The position numbers and the translations under genes are program-made. Below, in pieces: positions 30,721 through 41,414 of a stretch of DNA of 64,000 bases (positions are counted from its first letter, which is position 1; each line of letters starts with the position of its first letter). Under the pieces are notes generated by a model. The model did not search any database. It saw only the letters and a list, made by a program, of their open reading frames with translations, and was not told where the DNA came from. The stretch is taken from contig CAWFQB010000011.1 of the NCBI GenBank assembly GCA_963817895.1, positions 128,001 through 192,000 of the forward strand. The letters run 5' to 3'. Origin of the DNA: an uncultured Chthonomonadaceae bacterium (GTDB lineage: Bacteria > Armatimonadota > Chthonomonadetes > Chthonomonadales > Chthonomonadaceae).

Positions 30721-33700
30721 ATGCCATTGCGTTTTGGTTCGGACCCTGTATTTTCAACAACTGCCGCTTCCGCAGCTGCCTGCCGTCGCGTGGCACGGCG
30801 CGTTTTTTGTACATCACAGTCTGGCTCTGGTCAATCGCGAACTGACATTGGCCTTGCTGGACACGCCCGCGTTTGCCGAACAATTTGATTTGCGCATTGA
30901 ACATTACGAGACGCCGCTGCCCGCGTTGCGCGGGAAGCGCGTTTCGCGCCGCTTGCAAGTCGTATGGGCGCGTCCTGATGCTCCCGCCGTAACGGTACGG
31001 CATCGCTGGCCCCCGGAATTCAGCCGCACCGGAAAGCGGCAAACTGGTTCTGATTCAGCCCTGGGAGTTCGGTTCGCTGCCGCGCCACTGGGTCAGCGCG
31101 ATAGAGCGCGGCGTGGATGAGGTCTGGGTTCCGTCCCAATTCGTGCGCGACACCTACATCACCAGCGGCGTTCCCGGCGAAAAAGTCGTCGTCGTGCCCA
31201 ACGGCGTCAATACCGATGTGTTTCATCCGGGTAAGGGAAGAGAAGAGATACGAGGAGGAGAGGAATACTCTCCACTCTCCACTCTCCACTCTCCACTGTA
31301 CAAATTCCTTTTCGTCGGCGGCACGATTGCGCGAAAGGGAATTGACGTGCTGCTGGACGCTTATGACCGGGCGTTTACCGCGCAGGATGCCGTTGTGCTG
31401 ATCATCAAGGATTTCGGCAGCGGACAGTTTTTATGCCAATCAGGGCGCGGGCGCGTTGATTAAGGCGCTTCAGGCCAAGCCCAACGGGGCGCGTATCGTA
31501 TATCTCAACGAGGACATGAGCGAGGCGGAACTGGCCGGATTGTACGCCGCGTGTGATTGTCTGGTACACCCGTATCGCGGCGAGGGTTACGGCCTGCCGA
31601 TAGCGGAAGCGATGGCGTGTGGCAAGCCGACCATTGTTACCGAATTTCGGCGCGGCTCTGGATTTTGCCAACGCTTCCAACAGCTACCTGATACCCGCCG
31701 AAATGCAGCAGCTGCCGGAGAAAAAAGTCGGCAACATGCCGACCGTAGACTATCCGTTCTGGGCCGCGCCGAACCGCCCCGCCCTGAGCGAACTGTTGCG
31801 TCACGTCGTCGCCCACCCGGACGAAGCGCAGGCCAAAGGCGCGCAGGCCGCAAAAGACATTGCCGCAAAGCATACGTGGCGACCATGCCGCGCAAATCGC
31901 CTGCCAACGTTTGGCAACGCTGACGGCAGGAACCAACCAACCCGCAGGAGCGCAATTTATTGCGCCCTCCACAAACGTTGCGCTCGCATCTAACAACAAT
32001 ACGCCCTCCGCCAACCTTGCGCTCAACACCCTGATACCCGCCTCACCAACCACCAACCACCAACTGCCAACCACCATAGAATTGCCGATGGGCCTGGGCA
32101 ATCTCAGCCTGGGCGGGTTGAAGCTGGGGAAGCGGGCCTGGCGAAATACGGGATTGGGCGGGCTGAGCCTGCCCGCGAGCTGAACACGCCGGGACTGCTG
32201 GCAGCGGGCGACATGTACGAGGACCGCAAGCAGGCCGCGCTGGAAACGGTTCGGCGGGGCGAGTGGCAGTATGCGGTTGGCGAACTCGACGCCTGCCTGA
32301 TCGAGCGGCCCGAGGATTGGGACGTGGTGAACGCGCTTGCCGTCGCATGTTTCCGCATGGGCGACAAAACCGCGCGCTCTGGAACTGCTGCGGCAGGGCA
32401 TTGCCGCTGTCCCCAACACGCGCGACTTCCATCACAATCTCGCCTTTATTCTGCTGGCGGAAAACCAGCCGGAAGAGGCGTTAGAGAATGTCCTGCTCGC
32501 CCTTGAGTCCACGCCCGACGACGCCAACCTGCGCCGCACCGTGGAACGCGCCCAAAACGCCGTGCTGCAAAAAGCCCGCAAACTGCTGCGCGGCGTCCCC
32601 GACAAACAGCGCAACGCCACGAACCGCGCCCCCGCCTACCGCGCCCTGATGGAACGCTACGAGCGGGCGGAAGAGGCAATAAAGGAAAAAGGGGAAAAGG
32701 GAAAAGGGAAGAGAAGAGATACGAATACGACGATACGAGATCAACAATCAAAGTCAATACTCTTCCCTCTCCCTGTGCATGATCGTCAAGAACGAGGAGC
32801 GGTTTCTGCGGCAATTGTCTTGGAGTCGGCGAAAGACTTTGTGGACGAGATCGTGATCGTGGATACGGGGTCTACGGACGGCACATTCGATATTGCCCGC
32901 GAGTATGGCGCGAAGATCGTGAACTATGCGTGGAACGACGACTTTTGCCGAGGCGCGCAACCTGTCTCTGCAACATGCGACCGGAAATTGGGCGTTGTGG
33001 CTGGACGCGGACGAGGAGATTGCGCCGGGCAGCGGGCCGTGCATTCCGAGAGGCCATGCAAAGCGCGCCCCGAGCATGTCGGCGGCTACATGGTCACGTT
33101 CCACAACTGGCTCACGTCCGCCACGCGGCCCGCCGGAGGGCAGGAGATGGGCGGCGAAATGGCCGTTCACCACGCCTGCCGCCTGTTCCGGCGCGTGGAG
33201 GGCGTGAAGTTCGAGGGGCGTATCCACGAGCAGAACCTGCGCTCGCTCCAGGCGTTCGGCTACACGTATGCCCGCATGGACGGCCTGCTGCATTGACCAC
33301 TTCGGGTATGCGGGCGAGATCATGACCCTGCGCAACAAGCACGAGCGGTTTATTCGCATGTTGACGCGCGAAGTGGAGGAGTGCCCGGACGAAGGTTTCC
33401 GCGCATTTCCACCTGTTCAACCTGGGCAACGCCTACTTCACGTTCGGCGACATGGAAAACGCCGCCCGCAATTTCAGCCAGGGCCGCGCAGGGCATGAGC
33501 GCGGAGGAGGAGTTCGCCGTTACGCTGTTTGTGGAATGGGCAACGGCTCTGCACCGGATGCAGCGGCCATGGGAAGGGCTGGACGTGTGCGCGCAGGCGG
33601 ATTCAAAGGGTATCCGGCAGGCGGGAATCGAGTTTTCGCGCGGCTATTGCCTGCTGCACACGGAGCAGTATGAGGCGGCGGAAATGGCGTTCCGGGCGGC

Positions 33701-34573
33701 CATCGACATGGGCGCGGGAAGACGCGGGCGATGCGCACTTCACGCAAACGGGGGATATGGGCGCGTCCACATACAAGGCGCGGTACGGGCTTGCGCTCGC
33801 GCTTGTCGGGCAGGATCGGCATGAGGAAGCGATTCCGTTTTGCCGGGAAGCACTTGGAAGAGCAGCCGAACATGGTGGAAGCGCGGTATCTGCTTGCCAT
33901 CGTCCTGACGCAGCAGGACCGGACGTGGGAGGCCAGCCAGGAACTGGAAACCGTTCTGGACGCAAAACCCGGCACACGACGACGCCATCCGCGACCTGGG
34001 CGCGATCTACTATGCGGCGCAAGGAGTACGAACGCGCCCTGCCGCATCTGCGCCATATCGCGTGGCAGAAACGCCGACGACGACGGAGGCGCAGGCGCGG
34101 CTGGCAGGCTGCTGCGAACAGCTTGGCCTGCTGGACGAGGCGCGCGACGGCTACGAGCGCCTGCGCCTGCTTGCGTCCCGAACTCGGTGGAAGTGTGCGT
34201 CAATCTGGGGCGCGTGCTGGCGGGATCTGGACGCGCCCGGCGAAGCGCTGGAATGCTACACGGAGGCCATCAAGCGCGACCCGACGTATGGCAACGCCTA
34301 CTTCAACGCGGGCGACCTGATGTACCAATTGGGCATTTACGACCGGGCGGCGGAAACCTATCTGGCCGGCCTGGAAGTCAGACCCCGACACAGGAGGGCG
34401 GCTTCTTCGTGCTGGGCAACTGCTACTTCCGGACCGCAGGCGTATGCCGCCGCCGTCGTCTCGTACCGGCAGGCGCTTGCGCCAGTTCCCCACCCATCAG
34501 GAAGCGCGCCAAAATCTGCGAACTCGCCGAGCAGCGCGCCCTCGAAGTCGGGCAGGAAGTCCCCGCCGCGTAA
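30721..34573 (+). CDS. Multidomain GT4 + TPR + GT2 + TPR glycosyltransferase (one or two genes), heavily frameshifted
   Basis: PWEFGSLP, DEVWVPS, RKGIDVL, PYRGEGYGLPIAEAMACG; SLCMIVKNEE, DEIVIVDTGSTD, LDADE, FEGRIHEQ, H.GY; C-terminal TPRs. Confidence 0.8.
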
Positions 34574-34686
34574 AATACAGGAATGGAACCTTTTTTGGTT
34601 TACTCCGTAACGAGGCTGTATATGTATCCGCCGTTTCCTGCATTGCGGCCTGAAGACCGCAGAGCGACTCACTGAGGAGAAAACTT

Positions 34687-35217
34687 ATGAAGACGGTAGT
34701 TGGTTTGTTTGACGATTTTGCGCAGGCCCGGAGCGCGGCTGTCGAATTGGAACGCATGGGCGTATCGCACAATGACATCAGCGTGCTTGCCAACAACGAA
34801 ACGGAAGCGCACGGCTCCAATACAGTCGCCGGCGATCACAGCATGGGACATGCCGTGACCAAAGATGCGGGCGTGGGAGCCGAAATCGGCGGCGTGTTGG
34901 GTCTGCTGGCGGGTATAAGCCTCTTTGTCGTTCCCGGCCTGGGATTCCTTGCCGGCGCGGGCTGGCTGGCAGGGATGCTGACAGGCGCGGGCATTGGCGC
35001 GGTGGCCGGGGGACTGGTGGGCGCGCTGACGCACGTAGGCGTTCCCGCAACCGATGCGGCTTACTACAACGAGGGTGTGCGGCGTGGCGGAACGCTGGTG
35101 GCTGTACGCGCTGACGACGCAGGTGTCAGCAACATTGCGCAGGTACTTGGCACCCATGGCGCAGTTGACATCGAGCAGCGAGCCGCCACCTACCGTAGTG
35201 AAGGACTCGTAGTGTAG
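34687..35217 (+). CDS. General stress protein (YflT-like, Gly-zipper membrane protein)
   Basis: KTVVGLFD, DISVL, GAGIGAVAGGLVGALT..GVP...A.YY.EGVRRGGTLV; GAGGAG RBS. Confidence 0.85.
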   Translation: MKTVVGLFDDFAQARSAAVELERMGVSHNDISVLANNETEAHGSNTVAGDHSMGHAVTKDAGVGAEIGGVLGLLAGISLFVVPGLGFLAGAGWLAGMLTGAGIGAVAGGLVGALTHVGVPATDAAYYNEGVRRGGTLVAVRADDAGVSNIAQVLGTHGAVDIEQRAATYRSEGLVV

Positions 35218-35295
35218 CCGACACGTCAGGAGCCTGTCTTCCAGCGGCGCAAACTGCTTCGGCAGCATCGCGTTGCGCGTTACAAATGGATACGC

Positions 35296-35341
35296 CACAA
35301 TCAGCCACAGTTCCCGTTCATGGGAACTGTGGCTGATTGTG
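35296..35341. terminator. Perfect 20-bp hairpin, probable terminator
   Basis: CACAATCAGCCACAGTTCCC-N6-GGGAACTGTGGCTGATTGTG. Confidence 0.75.
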
Positions 35342-35657
35342 TGTTGAGGCCTATTTTCTTAAAGAAGACTACAGGTACAGGCAAAATACTGTGTTTTGAA
35401 GAAACTGTTCGCTTCCCCTGGCGTAATCCTTCTTAAAGTTCGCATAATTCTACATACTTATGTGTACTATTCTGTGAAGGAGAGGCTCATATGGAGCGCT
35501 TGTTTCCTTTTGTATCAGCGAATGGCCTGCCGTATCCCCGCCCTGCTGTACAAAACCGCGTTACAGGAACAGAAGTTGGCCGAGCGCGTCAAGGAACAGA
35601 TCGCGTGTGAGTTGGGGCCGTGTGTCCGATGGGAATCTGTAATTAGAATTGCGTCCT

Positions 35658-35745
35658 TAGGAGGACACAACAAGCCCGTAGGAGGACACAACATGTTGTG
35701 TCCCTACGCCGCAGGCCATGTAGACAGGGGTTTTCAACCTCTGGC
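35658..35745. repeat. REP cluster (GGACACAACATGTTGTGTCCCTAC and GTAGACAGGGGTTTTCAACCTCTGGC)
   Basis: The first unit recurs at about 39626-39649; the second is the reverse complement of 28065-28090 with one mismatch. Confidence 0.82.
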
Positions 35746-35761
35746 TTCTGTGTTATTGTGT

Positions 35762-37676
35762 TCAGAGGGCAGAGCTATCGGTGTAGGGGCGTACCGCAGG
35801 AGGTTCGCAAACGCGGGTGTGCGGGTTGTACTCTTCCAGAACCAGCAGGAGATTGCCGGGTTCTATAAGATCGCTTTGCGTGGTGGCGCGGGTCTGCTGA
35901 AACTGACCCGTACCGGAGCGTTTGAGCATAATCACGGTTCCCTGTTCGCGCAGTTCGCGCCCGGACGCGCCCACCATGCCCTGCCGACTGACCTCTTCGG
36001 GCAGCATCCAGCGCAGCAGAAACAGGCGCGAACCGAGCAGGAAGCCGTGTTCCGTGTGCTTGTTGATGGTGCAGCCGACGAAAGTGGCGGCTGCCGTTGC
36101 CGCCGCATTCACGGCCCGGTCAATGTTCAGACTGTCCACCAGTTTGCTTGCCAGCAGCGAGTCGGTGATGCGGACAACGGAGCGGATGCGCGGCTGTAGC
36201 CGTTCGGCCTCGATGCGCGATACGCACGTTATCTAAATCGTTGGCGGTCGTGACGATGATGGCCCGCGCCTGCGCAACATTGGCCTGTTCCAGAATACGG
36301 GGGCGGTTGGCGTCGCCGACAATCACGTACAGGTCGTCGGTCAGGGCGGGCGCGGCCTCGTGGTCTAATTGCCGCTCGATGGCAATCACGGGCTGTTTCA
36401 TCCGGCGCAGGGCTTCAATTACCCGCGACCCGGTATCTCCCAACCCCACCACTACCAGATGCCCGCGCAACTGACTCTGACGCCGCCCCAGCGCCTGATC
36501 CACGCGGGCGGAAACGATAAAGTCCGTCATGAGGCCGAACACGATGGCGACCATCGCCGCCCCGGAAAACATCACGAAACAGCCGAACAATTTCAGCCAC
36601 CACGCCGCAGCGTGAAGGTTGAAATCCCCGAAACCGACTGTGGTAATGATGCTGACCACGAAGTACAGCGAATCAATCCAGTCCAGCGGTAGGGCGAAAT
36701 GGAACACGGCGATACTGAGAGCAATAAATGTCAGCAGGGCGTAAAATGCGGTCTTCAGCAGCAGGGGGCCACGCCGGAGCGCGCGGAGGGGCGTTCGGAT
36801 AGCCGATACTCCCTGAGCGAGCAGGGCGCGGAGCGCGTTTTGCGCCCTTCCCTCTGTGGGCAGTACGGGAGCGGGCAGATAGCCACCCTTGCGTAATCGT
36901 TCTGTGACCGCGCCCACAGCCGCAACGACGATCTCATCCCCATCTATAAGCGGGCGCTGCAAATGTATGTCGGCAGCATCCGTCAGCAGGAGCGGGGAGG
37001 CAACGGCAACGGTTTGCGGAGTGGAGGCGGACGGCGTAAGAGAAGAAGTAGGAGTTTTGCCGTGCAGCAGGGCGAGGGGAATCAGGTCGCGCCGGGAACA
37101 AAACTCGTCCAGCATTTCGCCCACGCCCGGCGTTTTGTCGGTAATCGCCATGCGCAGAATGTCAATGTCGCAGCCGCCAATGGTGAAGGAGCGCAGCATC
37201 TCCTCGCCCAACGCGGCGGCAATGAACACGGGAGCCGTGAGGAGAGCGGGGCTGAGAACGTCGCGAATACCCATTTCGCGCCCGATACGTTCGGCCAAAT
37301 CGCGGTCGAATACGCGCACAATCAGCCCGATTTCAGGATTTAGACGTTGGGCGTCGGAAGCAATCTGAATGTTGACCAGATCGTGGCTGGTGGTAATCAG
37401 GATGCCTTTGGCGGTTTCAATGCCCGCCGTTCGCAGGCACGACTCGGCGCGGGCGTCCCCCTGCACAAACCGAATGTCGTTCTGCTCGATGAAATCGCCC
37501 CACTCGGAACGGATTTCGCGGCTGAGAATCACGAACGGTTCGCCGATGGCAAGCAGCAGTTGCGCCACGCGATACCCGACCTGCCCCAACCCGCAGACAA
37601 TGAGATGGTCCTGGAGAGCGTGTTCCGCGTCTTCCGTTTCTTCTGATTTCGCCGTCGCGCTCACGCCGGCCCCCAC
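35762..37676 (-). CDS. Potassium channel / TrkA-domain protein (RCK-channel-RCK), frameshifted
   Basis: HLIVCGLGQVG, pore motif ITTVGFGD, second HLVVVGLGDTG. Confidence 0.88.
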
Positions 37677-37869
37677 GCCTGCCGCGCGAGTTCTAATTTT
37701 ATATGTGTTGTTATCTTGATCATCTTCTCGCCTCCACCACTCTCATTATAGCACGGACAGCGCAAAGCGTTGTGACGCGGCAGGAATTCGCAGGCAATCG
37801 GGTGTATTCAGGTAACACTGAATAGCGCCGGGGGAATAGTCAGGACAAGTTTTAGAAAGGAGCAGGAGC

Positions 37870-39054
37870 ATGACGCATCCGCAATTCAGCGGCAGGCGGA
37901 AAGCAGGAGGGTTGGCGGTGGCTGTGGGCGTTGTGGCTATCCTGATGATGGGACGCAGCCCGTTGGAGGAGCCGAATCTCCTGCGGCGGGCGCAACTGGT
38001 CGCCACGCGCCAACAATGGCAGAGTGGGGGGCAGTACGGCTGGCTGTCGAACCGTGAATTGCTGTTTCAGCGCAGTTGGATTTCTTCCGACCTGCCTCAG
38101 TCCGGCTTTTTTCGTTATGATGTGGATACAAAAACTGCCACGCATGACGATAAATTAACGGACGCGCTGAAGTCCGGCTACAGTATGCGGGTTTCGCCGG
38201 ACGGTAAATGGCTGCTCAGTGGCATTATGTCCCGCTACGACGCGCGGCAGAAAAAGGAGCAGTCGTTTTACGCCGTTATTCGCATTGCCGATGGGACACC
38301 GGTTCGCCGCTTCGTGGAGGACGGCTTTATCACGACAGCATGGTGCGGCGACAGCCGCCACTGGATGGAGTTTTCAGGCCGGCATGTGGCCCCGCCCGGA
38401 ACGGTTCCGCCAGTGAATATGAACGCGCAGCCTGTGTCTGTCCAGCGCGTGGGCATCGGCTGCATTGACGCGCCCGAACGTATGCAAATGACGGACATTG
38501 CGCCCAACAGCCTGCTGCGCAAGCCGGGACTGACGAGCGCATGGAACTATTCTCCGGGGCGTATCGCCGTTCTTGACCCCAACCGCCTGCTGATATGGGA
38601 GCGGCAACCGTACCCCTCGCGCTCGATTGTGGTACAGGAGATCGGCCTGCAAAGCGCGACGCCCGCTCATTCGTATGTGCTGACGCCGCCCGGTAAGCGC
38701 GGCATTGTTCATGTCGAATTCACAGCGAAGGGCGACCGTGTGGGCTTGAAACTGGCCGAGCATTTTGAGGATAACGGGCTGTTTTCCTATCTGCGCGCAC
38801 TTCTCCATTTGCCAATCAGCAGTCCTGGCGCTTCCCGGCAGAGCCTGTGGGTAAGCCGCGTGGACGGCAGCGATATGCGTGAAGTCGGAGCCGCCCCGGA
38901 CCAGCGTATTCCTATGAGCGGCAGCGGCCCAATTGATGAGGATGGCGAACACTTACGGGGGCCGTCTTCGCCGCGTCAGCTTCGCTGGCTTCCTGACGGC
39001 AAACATCTCAGTTTCAGCTACAAAGACGATTTGTATACAATCACTGCCGACTGA
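37870..39054 (+). CDS. Membrane-anchored beta-propeller (TolB-like) hypothetical protein
   Basis: N-terminal hydrophobic anchor; VSPDGKWL, LWVSRVDGSDMR, WLPDGKHLSF. Confidence 0.7.
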   Translation: MTHPQFSGRRKAGGLAVAVGVVAILMMGRSPLEEPNLLRRAQLVATRQQWQSGGQYGWLSNRELLFQRSWISSDLPQSGFFRYDVDTKTATHDDKLTDALKSGYSMRVSPDGKWLLSGIMSRYDARQKKEQSFYAVIRIADGTPVRRFVEDGFITTAWCGDSRHWMEFSGRHVAPPGTVPPVNMNAQPVSVQRVGIGCIDAPERMQMTDIAPNSLLRKPGLTSAWNYSPGRIAVLDPNRLLIWERQPYPSRSIVVQEIGLQSATPAHSYVLTPPGKRGIVHVEFTAKGDRVGLKLAEHFEDNGLFSYLRALLHLPISSPGASRQSLWVSRVDGSDMREVGAAPDQRIPMSGSGPIDEDGEHLRGPSSPRQLRWLPDGKHLSFSYKDDLYTITAD

Positions 39055-39571
39055 CGATGGTAAACTTCGCGCTGCCGCAACCCCGCCTGTTGCTCAAGAA
39101 GCCGCCTAAAGGCGTGTAAAATAATCTCCCGAACGAAGAGAAGCGCGACCTTTGCTAACGGAGGAATGGAAACGCGCCGGGAGAAGGGTATGTAGAGACA
39201 GCGTCGAAATAGTGGCAATGCAGCGCTTCCAGCCCAGTGTCTCATTGTGTCAGGTTGTGAGTAGAGGCGTCGTGACCTCATTAGCATCAGGGCGAACGGG
39301 GAGAGTGACCAGGCATCCTCTTGCACCTCCCTTCCAGGTTAGATTGTTGAGAGTGGAGAAGAACTCCGAATTTTCAACGGCCCACCACCGGCTAGTTAGT
39401 AGTCTCTATATAGTAGACGTATGTAGATGTTTAGACGATGTGTGTGCGGAAAAGGTTCGTTTGTTTCTGCTATTTATCCTGTTTTTCTGACCTGTTCCCT
39501 AAAATTTGTACCAATGAAGGGGAGCCGGGAAGGCCATTTGCTTCGGGTTCGTACCTCTATCCCTTCCCGGC

Positions 39572-39650
39572 GGGCATAAAGCGCAAGGAGGACACAAGGC
39601 GCAAGGAGGGCATAAAGCGCAAGGAGGACACAACAAGTTGTGTCCCTACG
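39572..39650. repeat. 18-bp tandem repeats ending in a REP palindrome
   Basis: Alternating GGGCATAAAGCGCAAGGA / GGACACAAGGCGCAAGGA units, then GGACACAACAAGTTGTGTCCCTAC. Confidence 0.8.
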
Positions 39651-39720
39651 AACGTGTTTTTGTGGCGGCGGTCGCCTCAAAGTGAAGGTGTATTAGCAAC
39701 AACCAAAAGGAAAAACTAAC

Positions 39721-40128
39721 ATGCAGTCACAACAGATTTGGATAGACGCAAACGGGGTAGCCTTTATCGCCGATACGAACACCAAAGTGATTGAAGTGGT
39801 TCTGGATGCTACGGCACAGGGAGGAAACGCTGAGGAGATACAGGCGCAACATTCGTATCTGTCTCTGCCACAAATTCAAGCCGCGCTGGAGTATTACCAA
39901 GAACACAAACAGGAACTGGACGCCGACATAGAACGGCGTTTTCAATTTACCGAGACGATGCGGGAACAGTCAACGCAGCAGTTCACTCGCGCCGAACTCG
40001 AACAGCGGTTGCAAACTCGTATTCAGTCGGCTGATTCAACACGGGAAGAACTTTTAGCAGGAGTGACGCCTGAGAATCGGCATGGTGAAGTGGATTGGAG
40101 AAAGCCGATGGGAAAGGAAGTATGGTGA
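39721..40128 (+). CDS. DUF433 antitoxin-like protein with a MazE-type C-terminal tail
   Basis: G.A.IA.T.TKV...EEI......LSL.QI.AAL.YY; tail EELLAGVTPENRHGEVDWRKPMGKEVW. Confidence 0.8.
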   Translation: MQSQQIWIDANGVAFIADTNTKVIEVVLDATAQGGNAEEIQAQHSYLSLPQIQAALEYYQEHKQELDADIERRFQFTETMREQSTQQFTRAELEQRLQTRIQSADSTREELLAGVTPENRHGEVDWRKPMGKEVW

Positions 40129-40361
40129 AAGACAGTTCTACAATCGCAAATACACAGGAACTACACGCTGCATTGCAGCACCTGACCAGTTTGACCAACA
40201 TGCTGACGGCGATGTATCTGGATGCAAAAGAGCGCAACGACTTCGCCCTGTTTCCCGTTACGGCGGAAGGGTACTTCGTCAAAGTTCAGGAACTCAACGC
40301 CGAAGTCCGCGCCTATCTTCAATGGCATTCCGCAACTCCTAATTTTGGAGTCACAATATGA
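40122..40361 (+). CDS. Small helical hypothetical protein
   Basis: Overlaps both neighbours; AAGGA RBS. Confidence 0.6.
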   Translation: MVKDSSTIANTQELHAALQHLTSLTNMLTAMYLDAKERNDFALFPVTAEGYFVKVQELNAEVRAYLQWHSATPNFGVTI

Positions 40362-40807
40362 CGTTTGCAATGGTGATAACGCGCCAACCGAAGTCTTCCA
40401 ATCCTGGAGCAAACCGCCCCTTTCAAGAGGCTCTAGGCGATGCGGCGCGTCAAAAGATGGTGGATAAAGCCCTTATGGAGGGTAATCGGTATATTCGTAT
40501 CAACTGGTTTTTTAACAAACCCGGCGGACCGGATGTTGATAACATCCTGAAACAGATTGTTGATTCCATGAAAACCATCGTCTATGCCGACGACGCTTTG
40601 TTTGTAAAAGCATTGGCCTGTAAATACGATCTGAGAACAGGCAGGCCGCAACTGAGCGATAGAAATGTTCCCGTAGACGTATCGGATGTATATGACGAAC
40701 TACTGAAGCAGCTTGCAACGCGCTGGGATGGTATTCTTTACATTGAAGTAGGGAAGGTTCAATCCAGCACCGTCGTGTTTGGTCAGATTGATGGAGGAGT
40801 GGCATGA
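40358..40807 (+). CDS. RusA-like crossover junction endodeoxyribonuclease
   Basis: PDVDNILKQIVDSM...VY.DD motif. Confidence 0.75.
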   Translation: MTFAMVITRQPKSSNPGANRPFQEALGDAARQKMVDKALMEGNRYIRINWFFNKPGGPDVDNILKQIVDSMKTIVYADDALFVKALACKYDLRTGRPQLSDRNVPVDVSDVYDELLKQLATRWDGILYIEVGKVQSSTVVFGQIDGGVA

Positions 40808-41412
40808 TCTCATCACTGGATTATCTGGAAGTGGCAAAAACGGAAGAAATAGCCTCGCAACTGGTTTCCGAAGGTTATACCGTGCAGCGTGAGGCGATGT
40901 CTATGGTGGGAACGTCGCGCTATGATCTGGTTGCAGAGCGTGGCAAGGATAAAATCGTTTTTGAGGTAAAAGCGCAGGCGCGACTACAGCAGGAACACGA
41001 ACACATTCGCCAACTGCGGAAAAGGGCACATGAACAGGGTTATAGCGAGTTCCGGCTTGTGATCGTAAATCCTCCTCATACAGTGGCTGTCGAAATCGAA
41101 GGCTTCGACACGCAAATGTTGGATTACCTCATCGAAAACACGCCCGAAGAGTTACAGGCGCTTTCCTCTGTTACGATAATAGAGGGTGTGTCCGACCTTG
41201 AATTTGATATGGTGAGCGTGAGCGACACAGGTATTTGCGTCCGTGGCACAGGCGTGGTAGACGTCGTGCTTGAGTATGGAGGCGGGGAAAATCGCGACGG
41301 TTTGAGTATGCGCGAGGGCTATTTTTTCGAGTTCGAGGTGACGCTAAATCAAGATCGAAAAATTGAAGCCGTCAACCGTTTGCAGGTGGAGACTTCCAGC
41401 TTCTATGAGTGA
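40804..41412 (+). CDS. PD-(D/E)XK-like domain + predicted pPIWI-associating nuclease-like domain
   Basis: L.SEGY.V.RE...YDLVAE.....IVFEVK; C-terminal EELQALSS.T.IE...G.G.V.V.LEYG...DG....YFFEFEV. Confidence 0.6.
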   Translation: MISSLDYLEVAKTEEIASQLVSEGYTVQREAMSMVGTSRYDLVAERGKDKIVFEVKAQARLQQEHEHIRQLRKRAHEQGYSEFRLVIVNPPHTVAVEIEGFDTQMLDYLIENTPEELQALSSVTIIEGVSDLEFDMVSVSDTGICVRGTGVVDVVLEYGGGENRDGLSMREGYFFEFEVTLNQDRKIEAVNRLQVETSSFYE

Positions 41413-41414
41413 AA

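Noticed and set aside
35396..35650. Possible gene or ncRNA in the gap after the stress protein, and in 39060-39480
   Set aside because: No convincing RBS-linked ORF, motif or recognisable RNA family.
39572..39650. Tandem repeats as a mini CRISPR array
   Set aside because: 18-bp units are contiguous with no unique spacers; no cas genes.
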